DNA from: an uncultured Nitrososphaerota archaeon
GTDB taxonomy: Archaea; Thermoproteota; Nitrososphaeria; Nitrososphaerales; Gagatemarchaeaceae
DNA: 64,000 nt
Assembly (NCBI GenBank): GCA_963718895.1
Contig: CAVRAG010000004.1
Span: 160,001 to 224,000 of the forward strand
Direction of reading: 5' to 3'
Below the pieces are notes generated by a model. The model worked only from the letters and a program-made list of their open reading frames with translations. It had not been told where the DNA came from and did not search any database. Shown piece after piece: positions 29,278-38,709 of this stretch (the stretch's first letter is position 1; each line of letters begins with the position of its first letter). A program made the position numbers and the translations under genes.

Positions 29278-30258
29278 TCAGGCAATCTTGAAGCCCAGTA
29301 TCCTCTCCAGAAGATCGCTGAGCGTTATCACGCCGATCATCTTCCCCTCCCGGTAGACGAAGGCTATCGTCACACCCCGTCTGCTCATCCTGTCGGCGAC
29401 GGTAGCTATTGATTCGTCAGCGTCGACTTTCACCGCCTGGACTATGAAGCTCGAGATTGGATCGTTGAGCTTGCCCTCTGACAGCCCCCTTGTGAGAGAC
29501 CGGAACGTCACGACCCCTACGAACTCTCCCGCCTCTCTTCCGAAGACAGGGATTCTCGGGTGGTGTGAAGACCCCATCACCTTTAGAGCCTCCAGCACCG
29601 TGGTATCCGAGTCCACGGCGATTATCTTCTCTATGGGGGTGGTCACGTCCTTGACGTCATACTTCGACGATTGAAGCGTTGTCCTCAGAATCCTCCCGGC
29701 GTCCGGCTCGAGCTGTCCGTCTGCCTCCAGCATGTCGATGCGACTTTCAAGCTCTTCGGCGATGTCGTCCTTGCTGTACGCGGGTTTCCCACTTATCGAC
29801 GTTGCGAGCTTCCTTGCCACGTTCATGAGAGGCTGGGCGACGGGGGAGAGAGCTTGCGCCGAAGCATGCACGCCGGGCGCAAGGAGGACGGCCATCCCGA
29901 CAGGGTCCTCGATGCCGATCGTCTTGGGGACCAGGTCAAGGAAGATCATTATCACTATCGAACCGACGATGACGCTCGCTAGCCATCCGAAGGGCCCAAA
30001 GGCCTCGGAGAACACTATCCCCGTGGTCGTGGCGAGGGTCACATTGGCTAGGGTGCCGATGAGCGTAGTGACGCTGACGAGCTTGGTCTTCTCGTTGGTT
30101 ATCTTCAGTGCCGTCTTCGCCTTGCTGGATCCATCCTTCTGCATTGAGAAGAGCGAGACCTGTTTGACCGAGAGATACGTCGCCTCGACCAGGGCCGATG
30201 AGAAGGAGAGAGCGGCGGCCACAATGAGGACGACGTAGACCACAGCCGCGACTGCCAT
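29278..30258 (-). CDS. CNNM/DUF21 + CBS-domain protein
   Basis: FSSALVEAT, DLVPKT, tandem CBS domains ending GVITLSDLLE. Confidence 0.88.
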   Translation of the reverse strand: MAVAAVVYVVLIVAAALSFSSALVEATYLSVKQVSLFSMQKDGSSKAKTALKITNEKTKLVSVTTLIGTLANVTLATTTGIVFSEAFGPFGWLASVIVGSIVIMIFLDLVPKTIGIEDPVGMAVLLAPGVHASAQALSPVAQPLMNVARKLATSISGKPAYSKDDIAEELESRIDMLEADGQLEPDAGRILRTTLQSSKYDVKDVTTPIEKIIAVDSDTTVLEALKVMGSSHHPRIPVFGREAGEFVGVVTFRSLTRGLSEGKLNDPISSFIVQAVKVDADESIATVADRMSRRGVTIAFVYREGKMIGVITLSDLLERILGFKIA

Positions 30259-30388
30259 AATTCTTGGACCTCCGGCCTCGTACTTAACCTATGGTACGGG
30301 GGAACGGCCCGATTTCATTCTTGGGTCCCCGAGCCAAGGTTGGACCTGAGGACCGGCTGAAGCGTTTATACGTACCCTGGGAGTCGCG

Positions 30389-30958
30389 ATGTTCAAGGTG
30401 ACTCAGAGACAAGAGGTGGGTGGCTCGTCTTCCGAGGAAGCGATACTCGGCGGCGGCTGCTTCTGGTGCTTCGATGCCATCTTCTCGAAACTCAGGGGCG
30501 TGGAGAAGGTCGAGTCGGGGTACAGCGGCGGGACAGTCCCCAATCCCACGTACGAGCAGGTGTGTTCGGACGAGACGGGGCACGCCGAGAGCGTGAAGAT
30601 CACGTTCGATCCAAAGGTAATCTCCTACAGACAGCTCCTCGAGATCTTCTTCACAGTACACGATCCGACCACCCTGAACCGGCAGGGAGCCGATGTGGGA
30701 AGCCAGTACAGGTCAGTGATATTCTACGGAGATGAGGGCCAGAAGGCGACCGCAGAGGAGGTCGTGCGGGAGGTCGAGGCCGAGGGAATCTGGGGCGCAC
30801 CAATCGTGACCGAGCTCACGCCGTTGGTCGCCTTCTACAAGGCGGAGGACTACCATCAAGACTTTTACGAGAAGAACCCTAGTCAGGGCTACTGCAGGGT
30901 CGTGATAGCCCCGAAGGTTCTCAAGTTCCGGAAGAAGTTTGCGAGTCTGCTCGCGTAG
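30389..30958 (+). CDS. msrA: Peptide-methionine (S)-S-oxide reductase
   Basis: [31 protein letters not shown]. Confidence 0.96.
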   Translation: MFKVTQRQEVGGSSSEEAILGGGCFWCFDAIFSKLRGVEKVESGYSGGTVPNPTYEQVCSDETGHAESVKITFDPKVISYRQLLEIFFTVHDPTTLNRQGADVGSQYRSVIFYGDEGQKATAEEVVREVEAEGIWGAPIVTELTPLVAFYKAEDYHQDFYEKNPSQGYCRVVIAPKVLKFRKKFASLLA

Positions 30959-31041
30959 CTTCATCCCGGGTCGTCCAGCGACGTGGACCGTAGTGGCGCC
31001 TTCATCGGCCTTCAACCCTCTCCCCGGCCGGACCTTCAGCC

Positions 31042-31449
31042 TCAACCAGGACCGAGGGATTCCGCAGAAACAACGGCCGAGACCATGATGGTGTTCCCAC
31101 CTCGTCCGGTCAGGAAGCTGATCGTGTCGTTCCCTGTCTGCGTGACCTGGGCGCCCGAGGTGTGCCAGCTCAGAATTTGATATGTTGCGTTTGGATAGGC
31201 TGTTACCGTCACGTCGACGTGTGGAAGGACTTCAATCGTGAAGTTCTGGGACGAGGGGATCGTTGTGTTCGTCGAATCGTAGGACAGCACGAAGTACGCG
31301 TGGCTCGAACCCGTGACTTCGACCTTGACGTATCTGTCTTCGGTGTACACGAGTATTGCGGCCGCGAGAAGTATGATGACCAGAACGACCGAGATTGTGA
31401 TGATGTGGAATCTCCGACTATTCGGGATCATCGGTCTCGTCTTGGACAT
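31042..31449 (-). CDS. Membrane-anchored hypothetical protein
   Basis: N-terminal TM helix then a beta-rich domain. Confidence 0.65.
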   Translation of the reverse strand: MSKTRPMIPNSRRFHIITISVVLVIILLAAAILVYTEDRYVKVEVTGSSHAYFVLSYDSTNTTIPSSQNFTIEVLPHVDVTVTAYPNATYQILSWHTSGAQVTQTGNDTISFLTGRGGNTIMVSAVVSAESLGPG

Positions 31450-31553
31450 GCCCGGCCGCTTGATAACCTTGTCATCGCGCGGAGCTGAGACGGCAGGCTT
31501 GGCGGAAGACCGCCGTGCAGAAGCACTAAATAGCGACGGGGGTCACAAACTAT

Positions 31554-31769
31554 GTGCGAGCGTCTGCGGTACTCGGAGCAATCTTCCTGATAGTGGGGAT
31601 AATCCTCCTCTACGCGCTTCGTCATTTGCTCTTTCAGGTGATAGTCGTCCTGCTTGGAGTCATCGGCCTGATAATCGCAGTTGTCTTGATTTTGGTCGGG
31701 CTGGCACTCATCTTCGGCGGATCTTGGATAAGAGGTGGGTTCAGACGCTATGTGGTCACCGACGTCTAG
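31554..31769 (+). CDS. Small 2-TM membrane protein
   Basis: Hydrophobic 71-aa ORF with TAAATA about 25 nt upstream. Confidence 0.65.
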   Translation: MRASAVLGAIFLIVGIILLYALRHLLFQVIVVLLGVIGLIIAVVLILVGLALIFGGSWIRGGFRRYVVTDV

Positions 31770-32130
31770 CCGCGTCGCGTCCCACATTGTCTGTTCCGGT
31801 TCTGTCAAGTCTTTGTCGGGTAACCAAAAAGACTTGGCTTCGAGGCATCGACTCTGAGGATTACCGTCCGCGTCGGGTTCCCCTTCACCGCTTCACCTGC
31901 CCCGCCTTGTTTTCAATGAACGGTCGAACCTCAACCGCCCATCTTGCCAATGGGTCAGACGGATTCGCCCGGGACCCGTCCTCACTGCTCGGATACAACA
32001 TGCTGAGAGCATACTTAAGCGCCCACCCTTACCCAACGAAGACTTGACAGAGCCTCTGTTCCATCGCTTTAAATAGCTGAAAGGTCCTTTCCGCCAATAG
32101 GGGCCGGGAATTCTGAAGATTGGATTAGGG

Positions 32131-32445
32131 ATGGGCCTGCTCGTCTGCGTGTTGGTACCGGTGGCGCTCCTCCTGTTCGGGGTGGTTGATGATGAGCAGA
32201 CGGCGGCCTTGGTTCTGCTCCTCGGCGGGATCTGGACTGTCGTCTTCGGCATAGCCATCGGCGGCAAGAAGGACAGGCTCTACAACGTGGGATTCGGAAT
32301 CATAGTAGCGGTCTTCTCCTCCTTCATCGTTCTTCCTCTGCAGTACGTGGCCGGCCTCGTCGTGGTCTCGCTCGTCGCGATAGTCCTGGCCTCGATTGTC
32401 GTCAGACCGAAGACCGGCCTCAAGAACACCCAGCAGACCGGCTAG
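32131..32445 (+). CDS. Small multi-pass membrane protein
   Basis: Four hydrophobic segments; TTTAAATA upstream. Confidence 0.65.
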   Translation: MGLLVCVLVPVALLLFGVVDDEQTAALVLLLGGIWTVVFGIAIGGKKDRLYNVGFGIIVAVFSSFIVLPLQYVAGLVVVSLVAIVLASIVVRPKTGLKNTQQTG

Positions 32446-32521
32446 ATGCCTGTGAGGTTCACGACGGTCAACGGCGGGAGCGCGCCAAAACCAGAAATAA
32501 TCCCCCATCAGAAGGAGAACC

Positions 32522-32740
32522 ATGAAGACAAGCAAGACTGGTGTTTCTGTGACGATACCCGCGGACATCTGGCAATCCGTGACGGAGATTCGCTCTCAGC
32601 TGGACGCATCCTGTCCGGGCGCGCCGACTCCGATTGAGGAAGCCATCCGTGAGATATCCCTACACTACAAGAGCTGCCCTAGAGCAGAGGCAGAGATGGA
32701 CACTTTCTGCGAGAGGGCGAAGGCGTGGAAGAGAAAGTAG
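32522..32740 (+). CDS. Small protein, possible ribbon-helix-helix
   Basis: VSVTIPADIW strand-helix pattern; three Cys. Confidence 0.5.
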   Translation: MKTSKTGVSVTIPADIWQSVTEIRSQLDASCPGAPTPIEEAIREISLHYKSCPRAEAEMDTFCERAKAWKRK

Positions 32741-32811
32741 GAATCGAACCCCTCCCTGGCCCTAGAACGGAACATCCACGAGCCTTCGTGACAGCGGGCT
32801 TGCTGGCCCCG

Positions 32812-33126
32812 CTAGCCCATGGAGTCGTACCGGGCCTGCTCGTCAAGTTTCTCGTTGAGCAGAGCCTGCTTGTCCAGAATCTCCTGGTTCAAAAGCTCGT
32901 AGACGGCCAGGACCTCCTTGACGTCCTGGCTTACCTGATGGTCGCGGAGCTCCCGAGTGGTGGCCGGGGCCGCGCTTGAACCTAGGACGAATGATCCCCA
33001 TTCGAAGACCCCCCGCTTGTTCTTCTCGACCAGTTCGTCCCGCCTCTGTTCCAACTCCGCGATCTGCAATCTGAGCCTGTCGATCGCTTCTGTGCCCTTT
33101 GACCCAGACGCCCATGATTTGGTCAT
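32812..33126 (-). CDS. Coiled-coil hypothetical protein
   Basis: Heptad-like charged helices. Confidence 0.55.
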   Translation of the reverse strand: MTKSWASGSKGTEAIDRLRLQIAELEQRRDELVEKNKRGVFEWGSFVLGSSAAPATTRELRDHQVSQDVKEVLAVYELLNQEILDKQALLNEKLDEQARYDSMG

Positions 33127-33223
33127 CTGGTAACCTCTGAGGCCTTCGCGAACTGAAGCCGGACGGAATCCAGAGCGCAGGATGGTTTGGTAGACAGAAC
33201 CTGTTTCGCAGTTTCCCGTCGGA

Positions 33224-33436
33224 TCATCGATATGAAGGTCCTCGATTGAGCTGGCTCTTCGGTCGGAACTCGAATCCGCACTTCAGGCAGGTGCGCATCC
33301 CCGGGGTATCATTCACGACCTGTCTTGTACCGCAGCGCGGGCACACCATCGTTTCATGCGCAGCGGGGACAGAGTCGCGGTGGGCGGAACGTACCTTGTC
33401 TATCGCATCCTTGTAGGCGTCTCTCTGGAACTTCAA
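33224..33436 (-). CDS. Small zinc-ribbon protein
   Basis: CPRCG...CLKCG; TTATA upstream. Confidence 0.7.
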   Translation of the reverse strand: MKFQRDAYKDAIDKVRSAHRDSVPAAHETMVCPRCGTRQVVNDTPGMRTCLKCGFEFRPKSQLNRGPSYR

Positions 33437-33490
33437 GTTCAGCTCACCCTAGACTCTCAGGCATCTCACTATAAGGCTAGGCGTCCATCC

Positions 33491-33982
33491 CTATGACAGG
33501 TCCAGCGTCTTGACGAGGCGGGCGTGTTGTTCTTCAGTCACCCACTCGACCTTCAGGTACTCGATTATCTCCTTCATCTTCATTCCTATCCGCTTCGCCT
33601 CTTCCACAGTGAACTTGTACGCCGGGACTTCTATCGGGCTGTCGACGTACTCGAACTCGCTCTGAAACAAATTCTTCCCCTCCATGAACTGCTTCACGTG
33701 GAACAGTTCGTGGACTACATCGAGGTAGAGGACCTTCAGGTCGGCGTTCTTCAGGTGATTGGTGCTTATCAGCATGTGGCCGTCTTCGTCGCTTACGCTC
33801 ATATACCCAAAGCGCAGTGAGAAGAACTCTACCTTCAGATTCCTCAGAACCTCCGCTGTCTTTGCCCCGAACAGGGATTTCACGGCCGCGATTTTCTCAA
33901 AACCTACGAAGTAGTCCGTGAAAGGGAACAGCTTGACCTCCGCGCTGCGCCGAATCTCGACGCCCAGTCCTCGTGCTTTCAA
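33491..33982 (-). CDS. Putative zincin-like metalloprotein
   Basis: HELFHVKQ (HExxH) plus downstream SPIEVPAY Glu. Confidence 0.7.
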   Translation of the reverse strand: MKARGLGVEIRRSAEVKLFPFTDYFVGFEKIAAVKSLFGAKTAEVLRNLKVEFFSLRFGYMSVSDEDGHMLISTNHLKNADLKVLYLDVVHELFHVKQFMEGKNLFQSEFEYVDSPIEVPAYKFTVEEAKRIGMKMKEIIEYLKVEWVTEEQHARLVKTLDLS

Positions 33983-34061
33983 GCGTGTTCGGAGGGTTCT
34001 CCAGTCAAGATAAGTCTATTGGGCTGATGATCATCACTTTCCGTCAGGTTCGTGGAATTCG

Positions 34062-34532
34062 CTAGCCCAGCGAGACCATGATGAGGAGAACACCCAACAG
34101 CGTGAATCCAATGTTCAAGGCGATGTTGTCGTAGTTGAAGTGAGCTATTGCGATGCGCCTCTTCGACGCGTAGATCCCAGCCTCCGTCAGGCTATCGAGG
34201 AACAAGTGCTCTGCGGAGACGAGAGCTCCCATGAACGTCCAGAGAGCCAGAGGTTCCCAGGGCAGCCCGGAACCAGAGGCCCGCAACGCGGCGCCCAGTG
34301 AAATGGCCGCGACGAGGGCGCCCCAGACGGGTGCGGTAAGCACTGAGTGGGTCAACCGCGTCCTCGTCGGATTGCCCTTTCTGGAGACATGTCCGAGCAC
34401 GTCAATCAGGTAGTTGATAGACAGTGAGAGCCATAGTGCCATCACGATCGAACCAGACGTGAGCGCGTGGGAGAGCGAGAGAAGGCCGAACGATACTCCC
34501 GTGGAGAAGAGGTAGTGAGTGAGGGCTTTCAT
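34062..34532 (-). CDS. DUF1286/membrane metal-dependent hydrolase-like protein
   Basis: THYLFS, IDVLGH, RTRLTHS, HLFLDSLTE. Confidence 0.8.
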   Translation of the reverse strand: MKALTHYLFSTGVSFGLLSLSHALTSGSIVMALWLSLSINYLIDVLGHVSRKGNPTRTRLTHSVLTAPVWGALVAAISLGAALRASGSGLPWEPLALWTFMGALVSAEHLFLDSLTEAGIYASKRRIAIAHFNYDNIALNIGFTLLGVLLIMVSLG

Positions 34533-34649
34533 TCGGCTCTAGACCAAGCGGCTGGTCCTATTGAGGGCCACCTAGAACTGTCTATGGCTGCGGTACCCCG
34601 GGCCCTGAAAGCTGATTTACTGGCTTTTCCTCGCTCCCGTCTCCGGAAA

Positions 34650-35849
34650 TTGAGGTCAAACTTTGCTGCTCTGCTATTCTCGACGTTCGTGGCCGACCTC
34701 GTGTCCCCCATATTCGCCCTCTACCTGCCCTTGTTCGCATTCCAGCTAGGAGCTGACGCCTTTGAAATCGGACTCGTAGGCGGCGTGGCCTGGGTCTCCT
34801 ACAGTTTCGCGCCGTATGTAATCGGCAGATACTCAGACAGAGTATCGAGACGAAAGTGGTTCATCGCGGTTTCGCTGGTAATGCTCTCTGTCTGCTCCTT
34901 CCTCTACGTGTTCGTCGAGTCGCCTCCCCAGCTGATCGCTCTTAGACTCTTCGAGGGGATAGCCTGGTCGATTCTGTGGCCCATCATCGACGTCTCGATC
35001 ACCGAAGATGTGTCCAGGGAGAGCAACAAGGCTCTGAGCATCTACAACACTGTGTGGTCGAGCGCCGGCGCTTTAGGCCCCCTCCTCGGCGGCTTGCTCA
35101 TACTCCTGTTCGCTGAAATCAGGTACATCTTCCTGATAACCGCGCTGATGATGGCAATAGCAGCGATCACCATGTTGTCCTTCTTCCACGAAGATCGGAA
35201 GGTCCCGCGTACCGAGAGCTCTTCCAGGAGAGAGATGCCCAGTTCGGAAGTCGATGTCAAGTCGAGTGGTGGTCACGCGTCTCTCTTCTGGGTATTCTTG
35301 ACGGCCATGATCTTGATATCATCCATCCGCGGGGTCCTTTTCACGTTCTATCCTCCCCTGGCCCAGTCGCAGGGAGTGTCGCTCGCATTCGTTTCCCTCA
35401 TAGGCTTCGTGTTCGGGGCGTCAAGGGTTGGAGTCTTCGCCCTATCCATGCGTGACGACATTAGAGGCTTCTTGCTGCAGGATGGAAACTCCAAGAAAAT
35501 AGTCATGGTTTCACTCGCTGTCTGCGCAATCGGAGGCGTTCTCCCCCTCATCGGAGACACGACTGGAGCGGTCGGCTTCCTGGCCTTCGGCACGGTTGCG
35601 TTCGCGGGCTCGTTCATCTTCACAGCGAGCCAAGCTCACTTCATCTCACGGGCGGAATCTCACAAGAAGGGCGCCGGTGCAGGCATCTTTGAGTCGAGCA
35701 TCGGGATTGGAGTGGCGCTAGGCCCGACAATTGCAGGCTTCGTCTCTGGTGGATCTCTCTCGCTTCCGTTCCTCGTAGCCCCCGTCGGGTTTCTAATCTC
35801 GCTGCCGATTTTCTTCGTCCTGTTCCGCCGCGAGCGCGGTCTCGGGTAG
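34650..35849 (+). CDS. MFS transporter (start uncertain; ORF open from 34467)
   Basis: GRYSDRVSRR motif A; about 12 TM helices. Confidence 0.88.
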   Translation: MRSNFAALLFSTFVADLVSPIFALYLPLFAFQLGADAFEIGLVGGVAWVSYSFAPYVIGRYSDRVSRRKWFIAVSLVMLSVCSFLYVFVESPPQLIALRLFEGIAWSILWPIIDVSITEDVSRESNKALSIYNTVWSSAGALGPLLGGLLILLFAEIRYIFLITALMMAIAAITMLSFFHEDRKVPRTESSSRREMPSSEVDVKSSGGHASLFWVFLTAMILISSIRGVLFTFYPPLAQSQGVSLAFVSLIGFVFGASRVGVFALSMRDDIRGFLLQDGNSKKIVMVSLAVCAIGGVLPLIGDTTGAVGFLAFGTVAFAGSFIFTASQAHFISRAESHKKGAGAGIFESSIGIGVALGPTIAGFVSGGSLSLPFLVAPVGFLISLPIFFVLFRRERGLG

Positions 35850-35908
35850 ATCCGAGGCGCGCCGGAAGAATCGTAACCCCTCCGACAAGATGAGTAGGAT
35901 AGATGCTT

Positions 35909-37084
35909 CTAGGCTGAAGTTTCGAGCCCTGGGCGCGGGGGCTCAGTCGGCCAGACTGCCACCGGCCGGACGACCGGGATCTTGTCCTTCTCGGCCTGTG
36001 GCCTCGCCTGGAGCCCTGCGTTGGGATAGGTCTTCTGCATGATTCGGTTCTTCAGCTGGGTCATCCCGTCCCCGCGTACCGCAGAGATCTTCACGACCGA
36101 GAACTCGTTGAAGAGGGGGCTGGACTCTATCTGTCTTGCACTGCCATCCTTGAGGAGGTCTATCTTGTTGAGAACCAGGAGAATCTTGGTCGGGTCGACG
36201 CTGAGTTCGGCGAGAGTCTCCCGGCAGCTGTTGAGCTTTATCCTGACGCTCTCCTCGTTCTCGCTGACGTCCAGCATCAGCAGCACCAAGTCCGCATAGG
36301 TGAGTTCCTCGAGCGTAGACTTGAAGGACTCGATCATGTAGGTCGGGAGCCTCGAGACAAAGCCTACCGTGTCTGAGAGCATCACCCTCTTCCTCGCGTC
36401 TGAGAAGCTGACAGCCCTTGTGGTCGTGGTCAGGGTGGTGAAGAGGTTGGGCGACTCCTCCCTTGACTCGGAGGCGAGCTTATTGAAGACCGTCGTCTTT
36501 CCGCTGCTGGTATACCCAGCGAGCGAGACCAACGGCATCCCGAGCTTCTTCCTCTCGACCCTGTGGAGCGAGCGGCTCGACTGCGCCTTCGCTAGCTTCT
36601 CCTTGATTGCGACCATGCGGCGTTTGAGGGCTTTGAACTTCGTGTCCACGAGGGTCTCTCCCATACCCATGAAACCCGCCCTTTCGCCGTTGACGGAGTA
36701 GCGCACAGCATCCCTCGCGCGGGGCATCTCGTACCTGAGCTCCGCGAGCTGGACCTGGAGCTTGGCCTCGGTGGTCTTCGCCCTCTTCGCGAATATGTTG
36801 AGGACGAGCCTGTCTCGGTCGACTATCTCGACTCGCGTGACGGTGGCGAGTTTGTACGCCTGGGCCGACGTAAGGCTCTCATCGACGATCAGGGTGTTCG
36901 AGCCGTTCTGTCTCACAATCTCCCTCAGCTCTTCAGCCTTGCCAACTCCCACCCCGAACTCAGATTTCACCACCCTCTTCTGAGTGATAAGCGCCTGGAC
37001 AGAGTAACCAGCGGCGCTCGCCAGTTCTGCAATCTCTTGTTTCGCAAATTCGTCAGGGTAGGTGACGACCGTCGCCTTGTCCAT
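35909..37084 (-). CDS. hflX: GTPase HflX
   Basis: GKAEEL, IFAKRA, EAKLQV, GYTSSGKT, DTVGF, NKID. Confidence 0.93.
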   Translation of the reverse strand: MDKATVVTYPDEFAKQEIAELASAAGYSVQALITQKRVVKSEFGVGVGKAEELREIVRQNGSNTLIVDESLTSAQAYKLATVTRVEIVDRDRLVLNIFAKRAKTTEAKLQVQLAELRYEMPRARDAVRYSVNGERAGFMGMGETLVDTKFKALKRRMVAIKEKLAKAQSSRSLHRVERKKLGMPLVSLAGYTSSGKTTVFNKLASESREESPNLFTTLTTTTRAVSFSDARKRVMLSDTVGFVSRLPTYMIESFKSTLEELTYADLVLLMLDVSENEESVRIKLNSCRETLAELSVDPTKILLVLNKIDLLKDGSARQIESSPLFNEFSVVKISAVRGDGMTQLKNRIMQKTYPNAGLQARPQAEKDKIPVVRPVAVWPTEPPRPGLETSA

Positions 37085-37228
37085 AAACGAACCCGAACCT
37101 CCCCCTATAAATGATAACCCTTTGTGGTCGTGTTATTCTCGCCCTACCTCGATCGCGGCATGTGGAGTGTGTAACAGCTCAGAAAACACTCGGATGATGC
37201 GAGGGAGGAAGGCTGGAGGAAGATTAGG

Positions 37229-37333
37229 GGCCGCGAGTGGGATTTGAACCCACGGTCTAGAGCTCCACAGGCTCCCATGCTAACCAAGTTGTGCCACCAC
37301 GATGCTCTCGTAGGTGACTGCACCACCGCGGCC
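37229..37333 (-). tRNA. tRNA-His(GUG) with encoded G-1 and a 29-nt intron at position 15/16 (37289-37317)
   Basis: Acceptor GCCGCGG/TCGCGGC, anticodon arm GGAGC-CTGTGGA-GCTCT, T-arm GTGGG-TTCAAAT-CCCAC; BHB with GTGC/GCAC helix and AGT/AAC bulges. Confidence 0.92.
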
Positions 37334-37416
37334 ACGAGTTCAAACGGTGGTCAGGGTCCTGTATTTAGGCTCTGGCGCTGGAGTCTGAATGGTCCGGCTG
37401 CTCTTCAGGAGGACTT

Positions 37417-37860
37417 CTAGTCTCGCGTGTAACAGAAGTACGGGAACCCCGCGTTGACCTTGTCGATGGCCCACTCGACAATCTTGTTGGAGATCTCCTT
37501 CCACTTCTTGTTCCAGTCTATGTTGGCCACGACCCTCTCCTTTTCGGTCTCGCTGCCCTTGACGGGCACCGACTCCCAGACCGGACGCCCGTAGAACGGC
37601 TTCACTATCCTGACGTGCCACCTCCCGCACGTAGTCTTTGATCCCTCCTTTGTGAAGTACTTGCAGGAGGCGCAGTATCTCGAGAGCCAGATTATCTCCT
37701 TGGTCCTCTTGACGGACTTGCCTATCTCTTCCAGAAGCCTCTCCGACTCGCGTCTGATCATCTGGGCGAGCTCTTCCTGGCCCTCTTTCGTGTTCATGTA
37801 GTACTCAGGGTCCCGGGCCAGGGCCTCCTGCCAGCCGAGAGGCTCGTCATCTCTCTGCAA
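37417..37860 (-). CDS. Hypothetical protein with CxxC...C...C putative zinc site (ORF open to 37974)
   Basis: YCASCKYF...CGRW...FCY; TTG 37860 with a TATA-like element upstream. Confidence 0.7.
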   Translation of the reverse strand: MQRDDEPLGWQEALARDPEYYMNTKEGQEELAQMIRRESERLLEEIGKSVKRTKEIIWLSRYCASCKYFTKEGSKTTCGRWHVRIVKPFYGRPVWESVPVKGSETEKERVVANIDWNKKWKEISNKIVEWAIDKVNAGFPYFCYTRD

Positions 37861-38106
37861 GTTTTTCTCTCTGTAATCCCAAGAACCGGTAATTAACGAT
37901 TGTCTGGCTCCGGATACAACGAAAGGCCCCGTCTCTCCCGATAAGTACAAGAGCGCTCCAAGATTCCCGAACATCGGACGCGCGGCGTGCTTCGACGGGC
38001 GATCTGGACTGACGCAAGTCAGGATGAAGACGAAACTGCCGCGCGTCCACTACTATTCTTGAAAAGGTCCTGAGTTCTTTGCGCGTTCGTGAGTATTCGA
38101 CTCTGC

Positions 38107-38706
38107 CTAAGCCGGATTCCCGCGTCCACTCAAAGACTTTAGCAGGCGCTGGCTCGTGGTCGTCCCGGCCCCCCTCCCAAGCATGCTCCGGAAGGCGGTC
38201 GCAGAATCCGTGCGCTTGAGGTTCACTCCCCTCACGCAGTCCCTCACGACGCTGACTCTGAAGCCCTCCTTCATGCCGTCTATCACCGTGTTCTTGACGC
38301 AATAGTCGGTGGCCAGGCCTGTCACATAGAGCTCCTCTACGCCCCTCCTCCTGAGGCGTGCGGCGAGGTCGGTCCCCTGGAACCCCGAGTACGCTTCGAC
38401 GTCTTTGCGGGTCGCCTTGCTGATGATAGCGGCCTCACGAGGCACATGAAGGGAGGGTGGGAACTGGGCACCCCGGGTGTCCCTTATCGCGTGCGGCGGC
38501 CACATTCCGCCGCGCGGTTTGAACGAGCGGTGGTCCTTCGGGTGCCAGTCTCGGGTGAACACGATGGGCAGACCCTCAGTCTGGAACCCGTCAATCAGCG
38601 CGTTTGTGGGTCCTATCACATCGTCCCCCTCCCGAACGGACAAAGCCCCACCCGAAAGGAAATCTCGCTGGAGGTCTACGACGATTAGCGCCGGCTTCGC
38701 CTTCAA
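38107..38706 (-). CDS. pncA: Nicotinamidase/pyrazinamidase
   Basis: VDLQRDF, TRDWHP, WPPH, YSGF, GLATDYCV. Confidence 0.93.
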   Translation of the reverse strand: MKAKPALIVVDLQRDFLSGGALSVREGDDVIGPTNALIDGFQTEGLPIVFTRDWHPKDHRSFKPRGGMWPPHAIRDTRGAQFPPSLHVPREAAIISKATRKDVEAYSGFQGTDLAARLRRRGVEELYVTGLATDYCVKNTVIDGMKEGFRVSVVRDCVRGVNLKRTDSATAFRSMLGRGAGTTTSQRLLKSLSGRGNPA

Positions 38707-38709
38707 GCT

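Noticed and set aside
31313-32047. 244-aa + strand ORF
   Set aside because: Overlaps two better-supported small genes and has non-protein-like composition
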